DNA from: the human T2T-CHM13v2.0 reference genome, Homo sapiens | Reading direction: 5' to 3' (one strand) | DNA: 64,000 nt | Assembly: GCF_009914755.1 (NCBI RefSeq) | Contig: NC_060925.1 | Part shown: piece after piece, positions 44,235 through 59,621 of the stretch | Numbering within the stretch: the stretch's first letter is position 1 | Layout of the letters: every line of letters starts with the position of its first letter | Translations under genes and position numbers: made by a program | Notes under the pieces: model-generated | Seen by the model: the letters and a program-made list of their open reading frames with translations, nothing else | What the model was told of the DNA's origin: nothing | Database searches by the model: none

Positions 44235-44610
44235 GTGAGTGACTGAGCGAGGAGCTCCCCTCCCTCGCTCGCTCCTCGCAAGCTCCCGCTCGCTCCCTGC
44301 CCACTCCCGGGGGGACGTTCCGTGCCGCGGCCGCCGCGGCCGCTGCTTCTTTCACACTTTAGTTGGGAGCTGCGCGCCGCGCTCAGTTACTGGAGAGCTG
44401 GCCGCGCGCCGCCGCCTCCCGCACGCTTGCACGCGGGCCCGGCTTCGGGGTTTTGGGTTCTTACTCCAAGCGGCGGGGAGGAGGGGGAGCCCCGGACACA
44501 CTGTGGGGAGGAGGAGGAAGAAGAGGAGGAGGGAGGAAGAAAAAAGACGAGGAGGACAGGGGCGGGGGGCGGGAGGCTTGCCACCTTCAGCCCCCCCGCG
44601 AACGCCCAAG
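44235..44610 (+). other. LRRC8D: Non-coding first exon (5' UTR) of a Pol II gene; tentatively LRRC8D
   Basis: Lies downstream of GC boxes, has no ATG and ends at consensus donor AAG|GTAAGT. The exon is well supported but the start is approximate. The gene name is unverified recall of two alternative non-coding first exons ~0.9 kb apart followed by a >20 kb intron. Confidence 0.55.
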
Positions 44611-45239
44611 GTAAGTGTGAGCCATTGCCTGCTCTGGGGCGGGGGGAGCTGGCGGTGCAGCCCGCCCCGGCTCGGCTACCCGGGCATCCCCGGGTGGGCA
44701 GGGAGGGAGGCCTGCGGGGTGTCTGCCGCACGGAAGGGATGGGAGCCGCGGTCGTGGCGCTGCCTGCGCGGGGCCCGGGCCGGGGCTGCTGCTGGTGCGG
44801 GGCTGGCGGGGTTGCTGCCAGGGACGGAAGCTGGGGTGGGGGAGCCGCGAGGGGCGTCTGCCGGCCTGGGCGGAGGGGCTGGGATGTGGTCGGGGCTGCT
44901 GACGACTTTCGTCACATCGAGGCCTGGGTGGCTGGTGTTAGACACCCCTCCCTTCCCACCCGCACCCTGCCGCCCTCAGCCTTCCTGCTCTCCTCTAGCT
45001 TTGCATGTAGCCACCGTACTTTGCAAGCCAGAGCTTGAAAGGAAAAACACAATTTAGGATCCTTTGCTAAGTATCCAAGTCCCTTCTCTCGCTCCGACTG
45101 ATTGATGTGTTTGTGTGGGTGGTTTGACCCCCGGGATTTCTGAAGTTTTGACCTTTTTGGGGTGGCTCGTTTCGTTGCATCTGTTTGCCCACCTCGGTGT
45201 ATTTATTATTCGTGCCCATGCGAGGCAGCCAGAGGGTGC

Positions 45240-45373
45240 TTGGTTATTGTACACGAAACAGATTTCACTCTCCTCTGCAGGCAGTTCGCGAAGTGCCGCC
45301 GCCGCGGCTGCCTTTGGTCTGCTGGTTAATGTCCTTTCCCTATCATCCACCCTGCTCCCTCCCTCTACGGAGG
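45240..45373 (+). other. Candidate second (alternative first or cassette) 5' UTR exon
   Basis: CpG-rich patch ending at donor-like GG|GTTAGT (45373|45374); internal acceptor ttcactctcctctgcag at 45280; start uncertain. Confidence 0.5.
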
Positions 45374-48300
45374 GTTAGTTTTTGTTTTTGTTTTTGTTTT
45401 TTCCTTTCCACTTACTGTTTGTGTGAGAGAAGTCCTGGGCTTAAGGGCTCTCAGCACTCGTTCATTTCTCTTCTAAAGCTCTGAATGGCTCAGGCATGTC
45501 GGTAAAATTTGGGGTGGTCCTCTTTGCTCCAAGAGTTGCATGGCCAAAGATAAAAATATGCACACATAAACACGCATTAATTCTGAGAGACGGCAAGCAG
45601 TTTGAGAGAGAAATAATTTGTTTTCAATAGGAAGTCGGTGACCTATGGGATCTCTTCCATTGCCGGTGGGTTAGGAAAATTGTTTTAAAATAGATAGTGC
45701 TTGTGTTGTCCGTGGCTGGAAGACAGCCATAGTTCAGTTACTGAAGCAATTCTGAAAGTGATACACCCTGGGCACCCAGAACCTCAGTAAAGACACACGT
45801 AGTCTGACTCAGATGTTAGGAAGGGGACTGACACACCATAGATTCCATGGAGTATTTTTTTCTTTCTTTTCTTTTTTTTTTTTGTAGGAGACTGTCCAGA
45901 CCGTTTGGGGAAATGACAAGTTCATTACACAGACAGATGTAATGAACACCTCCCTATTCAAGGGGATGGGTTCAGCTTCTGCCTAATAGGAATAACCTTT
46001 TGATTTGATAGAATTGGAATGTACCAGGATAGAAACAAACATAGGTGGAGTGGGCCTGAGCTACTTCAGCACTGTTGTGGGGAGAAGGTGATGTTTCTGA
46101 AGGGTCTTTTAAGTTCAAGATGCTGAATTTGGAGTTTTCCCCCCTTTTTCATATTGTCTAGAGCTGGATTGTAGGATCAATAGAACATGTTCCATGTTGG
46201 CTGTTTGGAAATGTAATTGTCAGACATGGAAATTAATTTGGATTGGATCACCTATTTTTGTTTTGCTACTTACAAAGTAGGAAGTACCAGTGATAGGACA
46301 ACGGAGTGTATTTATAGGCGTTAAACCAATGCTGGGACTGGTACTTCACAGATCACAAATGCAGCGTTGAAAGAGGATGTCACTCAATGTTTACTGCTGT
46401 GCAAACCTGCTTCAGAGAACAGTCCTGGAGGCTTCTAAAAAGGGCAACAAAGACCAGTGCGCTCAGCTCTTGGGTGGGTGGGTGCCTGAGGAGGGGCGGG
46501 GTGCTTCTGTTGTCTAGCTTTGTCACAACTGGGCATGTTTCCAAAGAAAAATGGCCTTGGGTGGTAGAGAGGTCTCACATCCTCCAGTGTTAAAAGTTCA
46601 TCCTAGAAGGACCTTAAAGTTCCAGCTTTCCTTCTCAGGGTTGACTTAATTTAACTCCGAGTTTAGAAAACTGATAATTTTGTTTTCTTGGCTAGACATT
46701 TATCCCTCCTCCGCCCCATCTCACTTTATCATTCAACATGGGTTTCTGGGAATTAATAGGCCACTGTCTGAAGGGGTTTGATTCTTGAAGAATCACAGGG
46801 CATCATTCAAGAGCTTTGGTACTATTTGCTATGACTTATTCAAAAATCCTACTAAGGAGGAAGGTGGTTTGCTCTATTATAATTTCCAAGTGAATCATGC
46901 CTCAGTACTGTGTTGCCTTTGTGACCAGGCAAGCTTTGAGTTTTACATTCTGAGTGGCTTGCTCCAGGCTCTAAGCAGCCCCCTTCTATAAGACGTTTTT
47001 TTGTTTTTGTTTTTTGTTTGTTTGTTTTTGTCTAAAGGAGACGCCAAAGGCTGGGAGAGGGAATGTCATGTCACCTTCCAATAGGGCAGGAGAAGGCAGG
47101 TGATATATTTACAGAAGAGTCCTAAGGTGATAAATATGACTGTCTTCATTTGAATTTATCAATACAACTTACAGCCATATAATGAGGCATCTTGTGTAGC
47201 TCACATGTTTAAGTACAGAGGTCTTGGGGTTCTGTATCCTTTGAAGTTTCCTTCCAGCTCTACTTTGAGGGTGGCCCTAACTAAAGGGTAATCGTACAGT
47301 AATTCCGGAGGGAGATTGTAGGATACTGCCAGTTAACAGAGAAATTGGTGAAACCTCACTGTCTTATGATACTTTGTTTTCCTCCAGCTTCTTAGAACCA
47401 AATATAAAGAGAGGAGAGAGCATTGCTTTGTTTGTATTTTCTCTCCTGATGTTTAGCTGGTATCTTAGAGTGTGGTCACTGCTCATTTCAGGTGATTTAA
47501 ACTGTTTCATTCTGCACCTCCTCATGGGTGGAATGGAATCCAGACGCATCAAAGAGTTAGGAAAGGGTATGTACACATGGGTAAGCTTCAGACTCCAGCA
47601 AGTGCTCTGAGCAGCACAGTGCTGATTATCAATCAGGAGTGAGGGTATGGCAGGTCTGATCTTACAATGCAAGTTTACATGAAAATAATTTGTATGTGAA
47701 AGTTGATTTGCCTCCAGTTTTTTAGGAACATATTGACTACGTAAATCTACTTATACATCTAGTCAATCAGAATTCACTCAGAGATATTGGGTCGATCAGT
47801 CTTCATGAAAATATACATCTCCTAAAAATACTATTTTGGAAATGGATATAGTGAAGCCTCCCTCCCAAGGTGAGGGAAGGGTTACATGATATATAATACA
47901 GGTTGGAGGACCCTACACAATGTACGTGGTGGGTACTCAGATGACCTTTTTTTTTCCAGCTTTACTGTGTAAAGATACTTTTATGAATAGGCTTTTAGCA
48001 AACAAATACATCTTTGGCCACTTTATGGTCCTTCTTTGAGCCTCAATTTTAAAAGTCCCGTAGCATGCAGTAAATAAAAATTATGCTTAATTGGGTTCTT
48101 CATAAAACACAAAAAGCAGATTGCAATAGACCAGTATAAAGTACTGCTTAGAAAACTGAAAAAACAGGGATAGGGCTTGTGTACAAGAAAGATTGCGACA
48201 GTGAAACTATATTTTAAATAATGGTGACAGTTTTGACTTCCAGAGATCATAATTCAAGAGCTTATCTGAAGTGGCATGTAAATTACATACATACATATTT

Positions 48301-48947
48301 TTTAAAGTAGGCAATTATTTAGCTTGACTGTCTCGGTTCTGAAGTTTAATTTTACAAGTTATAGTTGCAACAAGAAACAACATGACATGCTGTGGTTATG
48401 CAATTATGACAAGAGTGGTTGGAGGTAAACTGGGCTAGGATAAACATAGAAATGAGCACACAACAGTGTCTCCAGTCACCAGGTATTAAGAAGTTTCTTT
48501 GCTTTTTTGTTAACTATATTACTAGAAAATGTATTTCCCAGGTTGTAGGCTAATCACCTAAACTAATGATTGCTTTCTCTTACATTTGTGAAAGGAGATG
48601 CAGCTTCCCCAGTCTAAAATGGAAGCTGAGAAGACTAATTGGCCAAGCTACTGGAAGGCTAGGCCCTTTTGCTCATCTCAGCAACCCCCATAGCAGCTAG
48701 CACACTACTTTGCACTTGGAAGTCACTCAATGAGTGATTGAATGGAATGGAATTTACCTAATTAGTTAAGATCTGCAATGTGTCAAAATTTCCTTGGAGA
48801 AATACATTAGATGTGGACTTAAGTTTTAATAAATGTGTATGGTAGTTTATTAAGAGCCCCATATTATGCCTCAGGTAGGATTTTTAAATGTTGAGACACA
48901 TTTGACAGGAAACATACCAAGCATGATGTCCTCTCAAATTATTGAAA

Positions 48948-49249
48948 TTTCTTTCTTTCTTTTTTTTTTTTCGAGACAGAGTCTTGCTCCGTCACCCAAG
49001 CTGGAGTGCAGTGGTGCAATCTCACTGCAATCTCCACCTCCTGGGTCCAAGCAATTCTCATGCCTCAGCCTCCTGAGTAGCTGGGATTACAGGCAGGTGC
49101 CACCATGGCTGGCTAATTTTTGTATTTTTAGTAGAGACAGGGTTTTGCCATGTTGGCCAGGATGGTCTCGATCTCTTGACCTCAAGTGATCTGCCCACCA
49201 TGGCCTCCCAAAGTGCTGGGATTACAGGCGTGAGCCACCGTGCCCGGCC
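48948..49249 (-). mobile_element. AluS
   Basis: Antisense dimer. Confidence 0.93.
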
Positions 49250-49619
49250 CCCAAATTACAAGAATTTCTAGTTAGGAGCATCTTGATTTGGAATAGATAT
49301 AATTTCTGTATTTGACAGGCGTTCCTTCCCTTATGATTGTAGCTGTGGTCTTCATCTTATTTGCCTCAGGGATTTGGTGAATAACAGTGCCTAATATTTA
49401 TAGTGTGCCTTATGGTTTTCAAACTCCTTTCATGTAACCTGTCTCATTTGACGTTTGGCTGCAGCCGTAGCAGTCAGGATTTTCCATGCTGGGATCTTTC
49501 CCAGAATGTGCCTGGATCAAGGAGTGCTGGAGAGGTCCAGGGAAAGCTCAGGAAGCCCTCCACCTCTTGATTTATTAGATTCACTGCTGCTCCCTCTAAG
49601 ATAACCTGAATAAAGCAGG

Positions 49620-49845
49620 AGCTAAACAGTGTGTACACATGGACGTTTAGAGTGGAATAATAGACACTGGAGACTCCAAAAGATGGGAGGATGGGAGGGC
49701 GGCGAGGGTTGAGAAATTACGTATTGGGCACAATGTACACTATTTGGGTGATGGGTACACTAAAAGCCCAGACTTCACCACTACACAATATATCCATGTC
49801 ACAGAACTGCACTCCTATCATCTAAATCTAAATTTAAAAAAAATA
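49620..49845 (+). mobile_element. L1PB-like 3' end
   Basis: gagtggaataatagacactggagactc...gatgggtacactaaaagcccagacttcaccacta, followed by an A tail. Confidence 0.9.
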
Positions 49846-50061
49846 ATAACTGAAGTAAAGGAAAGTTGAGACCTGTTAGTGCACTGAGCCCACTCAGGCT
49901 CCCAGCATCCAGTGGCTTTCCCCCTATACCTGTTCTGTCTCTTGGGCTGGCTTTGGCCTCTTAGTCCACCTTTGACAAGTATCCCTTTCATCTATCACTT
50001 CCTTTCTGAAGATTTTTCATGTTTTTCTGGCCCATAGATTTTTATCCATAGACATTCCTCC

Positions 50062-50361
50062 TTTTTTTTTTTTTTTTTTTTTCTTGAGACAGGGTTTCAT
50101 TCTGTCACCCAGGCTAGAGTGCAGTGGCACAATTTTGGCTCACTGCAACCTCTGCCTCCCTGGCTCAAGTCATCCTCCCACATCAGACTCTTGAGTAGCT
50201 GGAGCCACAGGTGCACACCATACACCTGGAGAGTTTTTGTGTTTTTTTCTAGAGATGAGGTCTTGCCATGTCGCCCAGGCTGGTCTGGAACTCCTGAGCT
50301 CAAGCGATCCCCCTGCCTCAGCCTCCCCAAGACCACCGCAGCATCAGCCACTGTGTCAGGC
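50062..50361 (-). mobile_element. AluJ
   Basis: Diverged antisense dimer with poly-T. Confidence 0.9.
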
Positions 50362-52279
50362 TCCCTTCTGCTTCCTATCCCACACCTTACTTTTGCCTGC
50401 AAGACTTTATTGTCTGAATGTGTCTGAATGAGCTTTTCCAGTACAGTATTTTAACCGTATCTCCAGATCCACTGTCTATCTGGCTCCTCCCACCTATCTG
50501 CCTGACAGTAGACTTCTTGCTTCCAGCCCAGTGACTCCCTTCTTCCCTCAGGGCCCCTGTCCTACTTTGCCCCACACCTCCTCCCTTCTTCCTCCCACCC
50601 ACTTCTCTCCATCAAGCTTTTAGATCTTCCAGCACATACCTGCCTCTGCCTGTTTCTCAGGCTCCCGCCATCTCAACACATGTGTTTATAGTATTCATGA
50701 GTTGACATCCACATACTTTATACCTTGTAGAAAAGTGGAATTAGAGCACCCCCAAGTTTAGGGATCTTTTTGCCTTTGTTTTCATTTTTGATTCTAGTAT
50801 GTTATATTGTTGACTTTGTAAGGCTCTTAAGCCATTTATTAGTAGGTGAGTACTTTGCTTCTTCACTTCTCTTAGCTATTACATTCTCCATTGGATAAGC
50901 TAAAGGAAATATCTTGATGATTATTGTTATTTTAAAAGATTTGGACAACAAATCTGGAAAAGCATTCCAGAGATTTTCATAATAGCACCAAAGGAAGACT
51001 TTATTACACACCAAATTCGGCTTGCTAATCACAAAAGTAGAATGGTTTATTTAATTTCATCTTCATTACCTTTTTTTTTCTCCTTTGGTTAAGTAAATGT
51101 TGGTTAAATAAGTATTCCTGCAACTTGAACTAATTTTTTCCAATTTGTTGTAATTTTACTGCTCTCCATGAAAATTTTATAAATTCATGGGACACATTTA
51201 TGCCAAGTGAAGATTCTTTAGCTAACACCTAATGTTGTTGGTTTCCTCTATAAGTTTGTAGCCTATATCAGCCCTATCAGTAGGGTCAGTGGGGAAAAAA
51301 GTAAACTGAGCACTACTACTGGAAAAATATATCCCATTGACTCACTACATATGAATTTGGATTGGTCTTTTTAGAAAACTACTTCAAAAGTAGATCCAAC
51401 ATTTGTTATGCAATATCCTGAGTGCTTTAGGGCTTTTGGAAAAAGGTACTTTAAAGCAGAACAGGGAGATGATGGTTTTTAAGTAATAATTCCTTTTCTT
51501 GGATGGATCTGTATTTTATTTGAGTGTCATGGATACTGCAGCAGTTTCAGTTCATTGTTAAACCACATGTTAGAATATATTTTACTTTGCCTGGTGACTT
51601 ATGGTTTTTCCCACCTGAACTGGGTGAGGAAAGGCGATTGAGAAGTTGATTGTTTTCACTGAAGTGTGGGAACCTTTTTCATACCCATCATCATAGATAC
51701 AAGTGCTAAGGGATGTACTCTCAACAAACCATGACATGCATGCATATCATAGCCATTCCTAAAAGCTTCTTCCTGAATTCCACAGTTGACAAGGAGGTCT
51801 AGTAGAGCCCCTGTATTAGCACTATGTCCTTTTACATGAGACAATTGAAAGGCCAGGTGTAAAGTAAGGAGATGCTGCGGGCTGCCAGGCTGTGATTTGC
51901 AGGAAACTTCTCAAAGACACAGATAGTCAGGGTGACTTCAGTGGTTCTATCTCAAAGTTCTGCCAAAAGCAGTTTTTCTAAGATAATTTTGTTAACAGTT
52001 CTTGCAATTAATAGGTTATAAGGAATAAGCAACATATATCTCATTATATGTTTCAGGTGGATAATATTTTGATGAAGGAAGTGAGAATCCAGGAACATCT
52101 CTTGAGTTGCTTAGTAGTTGCTGAAAATTCAGATATTCTGGTTTGTGCCAGGAATCCATGACAGTCTAGATGCGACTCCCAAAACAAATTTTATGCCTCC
52201 CTTCCATGGCCTCCCCAACACCCACCCCTGCCTCACCCTGGGATATCCTTCTTCCCCTCTACTGTGTCTCTTGAGATCC

Positions 52280-54420
52280 AAGATATTTCTCAAATCTCAC
52301 TTCAAATCCCACCTCCTCCAAGGAGCCCTTTTTCTGCTATAAGAGTGGTTTCTCCCTTACCTTCCATGAACTGCTGTAATACTTATTTTAGGCTTAATTT
52401 ATTTTATTATTAGTTTTGATTTTTATTATATATATTTTTGTCCCCAGCCAAATGTAAACCCTTCTATTGTGCCCACTGGGCCTTAAAAGTAGATTGGTCT
52501 AAATAAGTAGTTATTGATTGATTGACAGCTTGTCATTGATCCTGAGGCTCACAGTTTCTGTCTATGAAGACCTTGCTCCCGTTTGAAGCCTTCTTTAATA
52601 TAATGAGGAAGTATAGTCTGGAATGAGAAAAGATAATATAAATTTTTAAATTCCTTTGTTGGCCAGGGTTAAGGGACCTAATCTTTGTTATTCACTCAGA
52701 TAATTTATTGAACAAACATTGACTTTTGTTAATGAAGTTTTGTGTCATTTCTGGTGCCTGGGACTGGAGAGATGCTGGAGATAGATAAAAAGGCCTGGCC
52801 CTGCCTTTGTGGAGTTCTCAGACAAGCAGGAGAATTGACATGCGAACACATGATATGTGGTGAATAGACAAAGGTGCTTTGGGAGTTGAGATAAGAAAGC
52901 ACCAAGCTCTGTTTAGTGGGAAGCAGACTGTGCATCCCAGTTTCCCTGGGGCAGTCCTGGCTTATTCCCACTGTCCAACGTAGTTAATAATAGTGTTCCC
53001 TTTACTCTCAAAAGGATCTCAGTTTGGACAATAAATGATGACTCCCCAACATCGAGGAGTCATAAAAGGTATCACAGAGAGGGATATATTTGGACTGACA
53101 CTTGAAAGCTACCAGGAGTCCTCCAGGACACTGCTTACATTGCCAAAAATACTGGGGACTAACACTGGTTTGCTAACTTTGAATTTTTTTTATTTTACTG
53201 TACACTCATAGACCAATTCTCTTACTGGCATTTGGGGATAAAGGGGTTTGGGGGCAGATGGAAGATGAAGTAGGCCACTTCAAACAGAAGAAATGTAATG
53301 ACGTGGAGCCATGTGGTTATGGATTGATGTCGCTGGACTTTCCACATATGATAGAGAGCAATGGGAGATGAGGCTGATGAACTATGCAAATCCTTTTAGG
53401 TCATGCTAAGAGTTTGGACTTTTTGCCCACAATATAAGCAGTGAGGGTCACTGAAAGATTATAAAGAGAGAAAAGCCTATTTTGTATGATGTTTGGTTCT
53501 CTATTGAGTATGGGTAAGAGACTGGAGGGGACAGAGATGAGTCAGAACAAGTGAACTGTAGTACTAACTAGGAGGGAGATACTGAGAACTGAAAATGGAG
53601 AAAGGGGACAGACAGAAGAAGGATTTAGGAAGCAGAACTGATAGGACTCAGTGAAAAATTGGGCAGGAGAGTGATAAAGGGGATAGAGTAAAGGATAATT
53701 GTAAAATTTCTGGTTGGATTATACTCTGAGCTGTGGAAGCTAATAGCCATTAGAGGGAAAGATAATTAACTCAGTTTGCAAGAGGTTGAGTTTCTGGTGT
53801 GTATGCTCTCTTAGAAGGAGATATCTAACACATAACTGAAATTCTGGTCTATAATTCAGAAGAGAGGGTTGGGATAGAATTATGAGTTTGCTGTCAGCTC
53901 AGTCATCATTTTCTCGGAATCATTCACTACATTTCCATGATGAGGTCAAATCCCTCTATTCTACCCTCTTACCACACCACGTACCTCCTCTCCTTGTCTG
54001 TATGCACTTTCCAATATTGTAATTGCTCATTCATTTTTGAGTTTATTTGATTAATGCTAATAACATCCCCCCACCGCCTGCAACTGTAGGGTTCATGAAG
54101 GCAAGACTGTATTTGTTTTTGATCCTTTTGTATCCAAAGAACACCTGCCGCACACTAGGGGCCCAGCACATATTTGTTGAATGGATGAATAAATCAGTGA
54201 TTGAAAGAGTTTTTATAAATGTGATAGTTGAAGCTGTTGTGGTTCAGCATCAGTTTGCACAGGGAAAGTATGTAGAAGAAAACTAAACAGTGAGTTCTAG
54301 GGAACCCCCGTGTTTCAGAGGTGTGATAGAAAAGGATGGTGAAGGAGACTCAAACCAGGCAAGTGTGGTGTCTGTCAAAGAAAAGGGAGGATCAGGCAGT
54401 GGCATGTGGTCAGAATTGTT
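52280..54420. mobile_element. Cluster of L2 fragments in both orientations
   Basis: L2 ends (tagttattgattgattga; attcactcagataatttattgaac; atatttgttgaatggatgaat) and antisense body motifs (tcatgctaagagtttggacttt). Confidence 0.65.
52925..53047 (-). mobile_element. MER94 (hAT-Blackjack)
   Basis: taataatagtgttccctttactctcaaaaggatctcagtttggacaataaat matches the reverse of MER94. Confidence 0.75.
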
Positions 54421-54543
54421 GTATGAAGAAGTAAAACAAATCTAAAGACATTTTCATAATGTCTGTTATTAAATAGATGTGGGAACGTTTATTTGATGGG
54501 AATATATCAACATGTTTTCTCACCGTTAAAAAACTGTATGGCT

Positions 54544-54850
<307 letters not shown>

Positions 54851-55399
54851 CTACTTAGCATTGTAATATTATGTATTAGCTTATGCTGCATGCAAAGTTT
54901 AATGTTTTATCACTTTGTTAGTTTTGTATGTTTGGAATCTGAGTTTAGCCTTGTATAACTTATGCGAGCACCCAATGTAGTAAAAATTTGGAGCCATGGT
55001 TTGGGATGATGTTGAAAGTGCCAGTGTTTAATCATTGTGAATTTATAAGTGTGTGCGTTAATTTGTAAGGGGATTAAAAATACATGGGTATTTACATCCT
55101 ACCAGATGAATAGCCATCAATTGTAAGAACACTTTAAGTTACAGCAAATGATTGCTATTTGATTCCAGAAGTGGAGGCTGAGAAGCAGTGTCATTAAAGG
55201 TTTGTAGTATAAATAGGGAAGCTTATTGCAGAGTATGTTTGTTACTCATTCTCGGACTCCACTGAGAGAGTCAAGGAGAGGTAGGTGAGGCATCATAATG
55301 TAGCGGGAAGAATGTGGGCTATGGATTCAGCGGATTCTATCCTAGTTTCGCCACCTCCTAACTCCAGATTAGTGATCTTGAATGACAACGGCAATAATT

Positions 55400-55660
55400 G
55401 ACAATAGTAATAATGAAAGCTAACATGTACTGAGTGATGACTCTGTGCCTAGGTACTGTGCTGAGTACACGACATGCACTGTTCCTTTAATGCTTGCAGC
55501 AACTCTATGAGGAACCCACTACTGTTACCTCTTCTTCACAGACAGAGAATGACTAAGCCTCAGTGTGTTTAGGATCTTGATTAGGTCTTGTAGCTAATAG
55601 TGGTGGTGCTAAGACTGGAATCCGAGCGCTCCTACTTTAAAGTCAGACTTTTAATTGTCA
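55400..55660 (-). mobile_element. MIR
   Basis: gctaacatgtactgagtg...gtgcctaggtactgtgctgagt...caactctatgagg. Confidence 0.75.
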
Positions 55661-55774
55661 ACTCCCAGCCAGTTCTGTTTTCTCTGCCCCCTTCCTCGTA
55701 CACTCCTTTCTTCTCATTTACTGGTTCTTTATGAAGCAAATCAGACATTGTATTATCTGCTCTGTACATAATAG

Positions 55775-56149
55775 ATTGTCATTTAACCACACAGGTATAT
55801 TCTAAGAAATGTGTCTTTAGATGATTTCATCATTGTGCATACATCATAGAGTGTACTTACACAAACCTAGATGGTATAGCTTGCTGCACACCTAGGCTAT
55901 AGGATATAGCCTATTGCTCCTAGGCTATAGACCTGTACAATACATCTCTGTACTGAATACTATGGGCAGTTGTAACAAAATGGTATTTGTGTATCCAAAC
56001 ATCTAAATATAGAAAAGGTAAAATATGGTATAAAATATAAAAAATGATATACCTGTGTAGGACAGCTCCATTATATAATCTTATGAAACCACAGTTTCAT
56101 ATCCATTGACCATTGCTGACCAAAACATGGTTATGTGGCACATGGCTGT
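55775..56149 (-). mobile_element. Tigger3a-like (TcMar-Tigger)
   Basis: catcatagagtgtacttacacaaacctagatggtatagc...cctattgctcctaggcta...ggttatgtggcacatggctg. Confidence 0.85.
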
Positions 56150-57580
<1,431 letters not shown>

Positions 57581-58444
57581 AGAGTTCAGAAAAATATGTA
57601 TGTGTACATATGTGTCCACTCAGATATATATGTGTGTGTGTTTGTATGTATGTGTAGGTATGATATATATGTATATATGCATGTTTACATATTGTTTCCC
57701 TATTTCTTCCCTCTTAGCAAAAAGGTTGCCTACTGTAGTTCTGCACCTTGCATTTTGTACTTAACAGTATATTTCCGAGATCACTCTGTACCATGGGTAG
57801 AAATTTCTCATTGCATTTTACAACTGCAGAAATTCTACCGTACAGATATACCATAATTATTCATTTGGCTGTATGGTTGTTTCTAATCTTTTGCTCTTAC
57901 ATTTTAGTGGGGAATTTTTTGTTGTTGTTGTTGTTGTTGTTGTTGATGGGGGTTTATTTGTAAGTCAAACAAAGCCAGAATTGAAACTTCATTTAATTAA
58001 CTAGATGGACAGTGGAATGAACAGTGGTGCAATAAACAGCTTTGTGAATATTTACATTCATATTCTTGCTGATTTATCTTTAAAATAGATTCCTAGAAGT
58101 GGGATCACTGGGTCAAAGGATAAATACATTTGCAGTTTTGCTAGACATTACCAAATTCCCTTCTGTGGGTGTTATGTGCTACATTATTTTGCATTCCCAC
58201 TAACAAAATATGAGACTGCCTCTTACCCTAGAGCCTCACCAATAGAAAAACATTGTACAGCCTTTAGGTCTTAGCCATCTAACTGGTGAGAAATGATAGT
58301 CTAGTGTAATTTTAATTTTTATCTCTCTGATTCTGAGCTAGTTTCAGCTCTTTTTCATGTGTCTAGGGGTTTGCATTTCTTTTTCTATGAACAGTTTCTT
58401 CATATTTTTTTGCCCATTTTTATAGAATTGTGGGTCTTTTTCCA

Positions 58445-58764
<320 letters not shown>

Positions 58765-58969
58765 CCCTTTATTTTATATTAGGGATAACATCCCTAATAT
58801 TTGGCAAATATTTTTCCCAGTTTATTATTTGTCATTTTTCTTTGATTATGATGTTAAGCAAATTATTTTCTTTGGTGCAGTCAGTATTATCAGTGTTTCT
58901 TGATTGTCTCTTAGTTTTAAGTCATTGTTGGAAAAAATTTCCTTACATCCAGGTTATAGAGCAAGACAT

Positions 58970-59461
58970 ATGTAAATACAATACATGTGTAAATATTTAG
59001 TAGATACATTTACAGCAAAAAAAAAAAACCCAGGTGAAATTAATTTTAATAATATTTTTATTTAACCTAAAGTATCAAAAATATTATCAATTTCAATAAG
59101 TAATCAGTATTTAAAAATATTAGTGAGATATTTTTCATTCTTTTTTCATGCTAAGTTTTTAAGAACTAATGCGTGTTTTATATATTTAACATATTTCAAT
59201 TTGGTCACTAAATTTTCATCATAAATGCTTGATCTGTATTTAGGTTTCATAAAATTTACAGTTGAAAAAAGTAAATTCACATAACCAGGTTGTTCTAGTT
59301 GTACTTAAAAAGTTTTCCAATACCTAATTGAATATCCATTTTAAAATTTCAGTTAATTAAAATTAAATAAAACTGAAAATTTAGTTCCTCGGTCACACTA
59401 TCTATGTTTCAAGGTCTCAGTAGCCACATATGGTTAATGGCTACCATTTTGGACAGTGCAG
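58970..59461 (+). mobile_element. Charlie1/MER33-related hAT element
   Basis: caggtgaaattaattttaataatattt...tagccacatatggttaatggctaccattttggacagtgcag. Confidence 0.8.
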
Positions 59462-59621
59462 TTGTAGAGACAGTCATCTGTATTTTCTTTTAGTACTTGT
59501 GTGATTTTATCATGAACATTTACATGTATGAATTTATTTTGTTGTATGGTATGGAGAATGGATCTAATTTTTGCAACATGGCTATCTGGCATCACAAACC
59601 GCTTATTAAAAGTCCATCTTT

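Larger units (their letters stand above)
43480..45320. promoter_or_regulatory. CpG island / TATA-less promoter
   Basis: Sharp rise in GC and CpG; GC boxes (gccccgcccc) at ~44142 and ~44220; repeat-free; overlaps the first exon. Confidence 0.95.

Noticed and set aside
44580-44589. Kozak-like GCCACC in exon 1
   Set aside because: Followed by TTC, not a start codon
43382-45484. Many overlapping 80-270 aa ORFs on both strands
   Set aside because: Stop-codon scarcity in a CpG island; most have non-ATG starts and several read through the splice donor
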